Part shown: piece after piece, positions 60,092 to 64,000 of the stretch
Layout of the letters: each line of letters opens with the position of its first letter
Position numbering within the stretch: the stretch's first letter is position 1
Assembly (NCBI GenBank): GCA_025558095.1
Contig: JAIVFI010000023.1
Location: 1-64,000, forward strand
Origin: Hyaloraphidium curvatum SAG 235-1
Lineage: Eukaryota > Fungi > Monoblepharomycota
DNA: 64,000 bases
Direction of reading: 5' to 3'
The notes under the pieces: model-generated
Databases searched by the model: none
The model's input: only the letters and a program-made list of their open reading frames with translations
What the model was told of the DNA's origin: nothing
Program-made: the position numbers and the translations under genes

Positions 60092-60169
60092 TGTTTTACC
60101 TTCCGTGATATCACGGGGTTTTGCGAAGCAATATCACCGAAGGTGCTTTCTCAACTTTCTTCAAATTGC

Positions 60170-60544
60170 CTATGCAATCGCTCCTTCATGGCTTTTCTCA
60201 AACAAATGCAACAGATTTTTGTAATTCCGTGCATTGCAATCAAGATCGATGTTGGTGAATCTTTTTTTCCGATGACATCGGATACTTTGCGTCGGTTTCT
60301 CAAGACATCCAATTTGAGTGCGAGGAGCATCACAAAAAGCCGTTAAAGCACGAGCTTCATCAGGTGTTAGTTCGTTTAGGGTCAATCTCTTTTGGCTTTG
60401 GTTGGGAATATCAACAAGATCAACCTGGTGAACCTCATTCGGGTCGTCACGTGCTGGAGTCTGTGCTTCTCTCGATACGGATAAGTACAAGAACGTGCCA
60501 ACAAAGATGATAAGGACGAGAGTGAAAGATATCCAGAGCCACAT
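60170..60544 (-). CDS. Small orphan protein with N-terminal TM/signal segment
   Basis: MWLWISFTLVLIIFVGTFLYL followed by a hydrophilic Cys-containing domain; starts 20 nt after the SET gene stop. Confidence 0.5.
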   Translation of the reverse strand: MWLWISFTLVLIIFVGTFLYLSVSREAQTPARDDPNEVHQVDLVDIPNQSQKRLTLNELTPDEARALTAFCDAPRTQIGCLEKPTQSIRCHRKKRFTNIDLDCNARNYKNLLHLFEKSHEGAIA

Positions 60545-60564
60545 CTACTTTACTGTTATACATT

Positions 60565-62398
60565 TTAGAAGTCTTCGAAATTGTACCCATAATCCAAGTA
60601 AAGTTCGTCGCCCGCACCGATGCTACGGGAAGAGTAAACGAGCAGCAATGGAGACTCCTCATCGTCAAGGCTTTTCCAGCACAATGTGCAGTTGGCGAGT
60701 TCATAAGAATGGTTGATAAGATGAGCGAAAGTTTTAGCAAAGTCGGGCATGTTGCCCAAAGAATCGGTAGGATCGATCACGAAAACGTTGCTCCTGGCGG
60801 AATACCGTTCAGTATCGCGCCCGAGCGAGTATACTTTCCATTCGTAATCCAGGCAAGTGGTCAAAGTTCCGCAATAAGCAAAGATGGGCAGACCCGCAGG
60901 GATATCACGTTTGGCAAAAACACCCAGTCCGGCGTTTGGGATACGGGAAACACGAGATTCAAAGACGGCGTCGAGGTCACGAAAAGCAAGGAGAGCCCGC
61001 GCACGTTCAAACACAAGGTTGGCGACGTGCCGATTGCCGGGGCAAATGAGATTGGCAAAGGCGATTCGGTCGTCGGTAACGAGAGCGAGTCCAAAACGAG
61101 CAGGACGAGCAAAAAGGTCACCAATGACAGAGTCGATATTCATAGGAGGCCCATGGTGAAAGCGTTGAACGAGAGCATAGGTAGCCGAGTTCAGTTGATC
61201 CCGAGTTATCGTGCGAGAAGCAAAAGCAAGAGCAGATATAGCCCATTGATGAACAGTCAAATCGGGGGAAAAGTCAGAATCAGCGAACATGGCCACATGA
61301 GCTAGAGACGCACCGTTTAGAACACAGGTTTGGGGCTTAACTGGCCGAAAGCCGAACCTGGTGTCTGAGCGCGAAGGAACTCATCGAGGTCGGCTTCGAA
61401 GCCCACGAAACGCCCTGGGCTCATCGGATCGAGAACATGCCAATCAAAGTCGTTGAAGGACTCGGGGAGATCGGGCCAAAGCATGGTGACGCCATCTTGC
61501 AGTGTGACAGCAAGCTCGTCGAGATCGGGAGCCGAGGCAACGGGAGCCGGCGCAACGGGAGTTGGCGCAATGGGAGCTGGGGCAACGGGAGTCGGCGCAA
61601 TGGGCACCGGCGCAACGGGAGCCGGAACAACGGGAGCCGGCGCAATGGGCACCGGCGCAACGGGAGCCGGGGCAACGGCAGCCGGAACAAACTCTGTGAA
61701 GGGACGTTAGACGATATCACGGAACACAAGACAAACGAACCTTCAAAAGCGCGTTTTAACCAGTCGATGGCGGCCCGAAGGTTCGAGTAAAGAGCATAGG
61801 AAACGTCGTCCGAGTACTCGATGTAGGAGGTGGAATGAACGCGTTCAAGTAGGCTTTGATCAACGATGACGGGAACAATCTCATCGCGGAACCGAGACTG
61901 GAACTCGGCGACCTCATAATCGAGAGCAGCGAAGGCGAGGACTTGCTGACGACGCAGAAAAGTGGCGTCGGGGTTGAGTGGAGTGAGGTCCTCGTGCTGG
62001 GGAGGCAAGGCCGGGTGACGAGCATCGAGCAACGCGATCCAGATCCGCGGGTCACGGTCCGCGTTATGAACTAGGCTGTCGGACGCGATGGCATGAGAAA
62101 ATAGGTTTCGAAACGAAGGGATAACGACTCACAAAGAGCCGGGATCCGTGGCGGGGCAGCTGGCGAACCAGAAGACATAGAGCGCGTCGCCGACACGAAC
62201 CGTGTTGTTGTCACGAAGCGCGTCGCACAGGACGTGACTTGGGGCGAGAGCGGCGGGAAAGAGGATAGCAGGGATGTAGGCACGCGCCCAGTCGCCGGCC
62301 ATGAGGCCTTCGTTCCAGACATAGACGAGTTGGAAAGGTTTGAGCGAAGCGGGATTGACCACGACAAACTGGTCGCCGCGAGCGAACGACAGGGCCAT
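60565..62398 (-). CDS. Spliced ~557-aa PWWP-like / Pro-rich / wHTH-like / SET-domain protein (exons 62398-62133, 62075-61741, 61693-61358, 61301-60565)
   Basis: Introns 62076-62132 (GTGAGT..CAG), 61694-61740 (GTTCGT..CTAAC..CAG) and 61302-61357 (GTTCGG..CTAAA..TAG) all keep the frame; SET motifs AGLGVFAKRDI, FAHLINHS, ELYLDYG. Confidence 0.72.
61531..61690 (-). repeat. 15-nt coding tandem repeat encoding P[VI]AP[ATV]
   Basis: About 10 units of ggcgcaacgggagcc-like sequence. Confidence 0.9.
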
Positions 62399-63001
62399 GG
62401 TGGTTCAGTTAATGACGTGATACGTTGCGTTCCCGCGTCGGTGGGGACGGCCATCGGTATCGGAAGAGACCGGAAAGCGGAAAAGTGCGGAGAGCGAGAC
62501 GATGCGTTTCGCCCAATGGAACAACAGGCCAAACTATCGGAACAACTGAACCGACAAATAGGAAAGCGCAAAGTGCGCGACCAGTTGAAGGAAAGCGTGC
62601 CGTGTTTTTCCCGAGCGGCCATGAGTAACTCACCGCATGGGGATAGGCGCTGGGACCCGGCTAAACGGCATAACTCAAACCGGGACGCAAGCAAGTGTTA
62701 AGCTAAATGGCGAATCGCAAACGCGTTATAGAATCACACACTTTACCGTGCTGCCGAGACGGAGACACAAACTTACGAACTCGTCCTTTGTCGGGGCTTA
62801 GCTTCGGCCGTCAAAGATCGAAGGCTTTCCCTTCCGGGTGTCGGGAGAAGGGGTTCGTGGCAAAGTCCGATCTGAAGCAATAGGCCGTGCGCCTATATAT
62901 AGAGCCAGGTTCAACGAATATAAGCCAGCGTTCCGACGCCTGACGCTGCATAATTCTACACACGAAACGCGTCCGTGTTGTGGCCGCATGATCAGCCAAG
63001 A

Positions 63002-63391
63002 ATGAGCAATTCAAACTCAGTGGGACGGAGGGATTGGAGCCAAAACACAGCGCCATCGGAGAACGGGGACACAGGAATGTCGTCGAGAAGCTCGAATTCC
63101 AGCGCGGAATTGGAGCCATCGCGAGCAAAGTTGACTGCCGCGTCGGTTTGCGCGGTCTTGAAAGGGGGCAGAGTCGCGTGGAACGAGGTGAAGTCGGGGG
63201 CCAGTCGGTGGCGCAGGATCCTCATGTGGCCTTGGCAGACGAGACTCTACCGGGAATTGGCGAAGGTGGTGTCGACGGAATACCTTGACTCTTTGAGCGC
63301 CGCACACGCGGCGGACACGGACGCGATTCGACGAGGACTTGAACTCGAAATGAAGGCGAAGATACTGCAAACACACTATGTAATCATGTAA
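63002..63391 (+). CDS. Orphan hypothetical protein
   Basis: ATG-initiated ORF downstream of TATATATA (~62894); helical-looking C-terminus; convergent with the 63406 gene. Confidence 0.4.
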   Translation: MSNSNSVGRRDWSQNTAPSENGDTGMSSRSSNSSAELEPSRAKLTAASVCAVLKGGRVAWNEVKSGASRWRRILMWPWQTRLYRELAKVVSTEYLDSLSAAHAADTDAIRRGLELEMKAKILQTHYVIM

Positions 63392-63405
63392 CTTGGCCAA
63401 AACAG

Positions 63406-64000
63406 CTAAAGCTCATCGCTCATTTTCCTCCGACGCCCACTGCTTCTGGTGGGCTTGGGATCCTCCTCCATTTCCACGACTTCTTCTTCCTCCGGGACAT
63501 CACCACCAGTGCCCTCCCCTTCGTGCCCCGAGGCTTGACCACCGTTGCCCTCCGAGCCGCTTCCCTCGTTGCCTTTGTTGGCGTCGCTTGCGCTAGCCGA
63601 CTGCCAGCCATCTTCCCCTTCGCCAGCAGACTGCGAGCTCCCCGAGCTGGAATCGGAACCGGAGCCGGAACCAGAGCCGGAACCGGAGCCGGAACCAGAG
63701 CCGGAACCGGAACCGGAACCGGAACCAGACCCAGACTGGGAGCCTTCGGCATCGCTCTTGCCGGCATCGTAAGCCTTGGGAACGGCGTCAGCCCACTTCG
63801 TGGCGTAAAGAGCGGCGGTATGGAACGCGTTCTTCTGGCCCATAAAGTATGCCGATTTGGCGCCAGAAAGATACGAGGCCTTGATCTTGTGGGCAATGTC
63901 GGGAGACAACAAAGGCACGATATCGCTATTGATGACAGACTGGGAGAAATGAGCTAAACCGGCATAGTCACGGCCGGCTTCGACACTCACCTGCTCCCAC
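63406..64000 (-). CDS. 3' part of an orphan protein with (GS)n linker and acidic/basic tail; 5' end outside the window
   Basis: Open frame; probable 51-nt intron 63940-63990 (GTGAGT..CCCAG); RRRK possible NLS. Confidence 0.55.
   Translation of the reverse strand, partial: WEQVSVEAGRDYAGLAHFSQSVINSDIVPLLSPDIAHKIKASYLSGAKSAYFMGQKNAFHTAALYATKWADAVPKAYDAGKSDAEGSQSGSGSGSGSGSGSGSGSGSGSGSGSGSDSSSGSSQSAGEGEDGWQSASASDANKGNEGSGSEGNGGQASGHEGEGTGGDVPEEEEVVEMEEDPKPTRSSGRRRKMSDEL
63650..63735 (-). repeat. Hexanucleotide repeat encoding (Gly-Ser)n
   Basis: ggaacc/ggagcc/agagcc units. Confidence 0.9.

Larger units (their letters stand above)
59011..64000. mobile_element. Compositionally foreign low-GC island (large transposon or endogenous viral element); runs off the window end
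   Basis: Abrupt GC drop, AT-rich block at 59.27-60.1 kb, different codon usage, tightly packed orphan genes; no transposase or capsid gene seen in this window. Confidence 0.6.

Noticed and set aside
61531-61690. Regular repeat array as a possible CRISPR
   Set aside because: Contiguous 15-nt units without unique spacers, in frame as a Pro-Ala-Val linker; no cas genes.
63545-63772. (EP)n ORF on the + strand
   Set aside because: Antisense reading of the (GS)n tract of the longer minus-strand gene.
1-64000. tRNA/rRNA genes
   Set aside because: No cloverleaf with T-loop consensus or rRNA signature recognised by eye; tRNAscan/Infernal not run.

Overview
Gene-dense, very GC-rich eukaryotic genomic DNA. 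Short (about 45-100 nt) GT..AG introns with GCTGAC/CTAAC branch sites, plus the gene content (KRE2-type GT15, CotH, hybrid histidine kinase), point to an early-diverging (chytrid/monoblepharid-like) fungus; the taxon is inferred. From 1 to ~58.5 kb there are about 28 host genes: USP48-like DUB, F-box-like genes, PglD/NeuD-like acetyltransferase, GST, AtuA/DUF1446, GPI-anchored aspartic protease, Orai-like 4TM protein, CNOT9, cytochrome b5, dephospho-CoA kinase, GT15, ankyrin-kinase, BVMO, extradiol dioxygenase, MED14, hybrid HK, P450, 7TM GRL/DUF3537-like protein, FAD oxidase, CotH, G8/TMEM2-like and ankyrin proteins. The region also holds several pseudogene fragments and a decayed RLE-type retrotransposon piece. 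From ~59.0 kb to the window end, composition changes abruptly. An AT-rich block (telomere-like 9-mers, ~10 TTCTATACA iterons in both orientations, a palindrome) precedes a lower-GC island. There, four apparently separate ORFs splice through three canonical introns into one ~557-aa PWWP-like + Pro-rich + winged-helix-like + minimal SET protein. This is the best candidate for an undescribed mobile-element or virus-borne chromatin reader-writer system. All family calls come from motif recognition by eye; no database searches were run.
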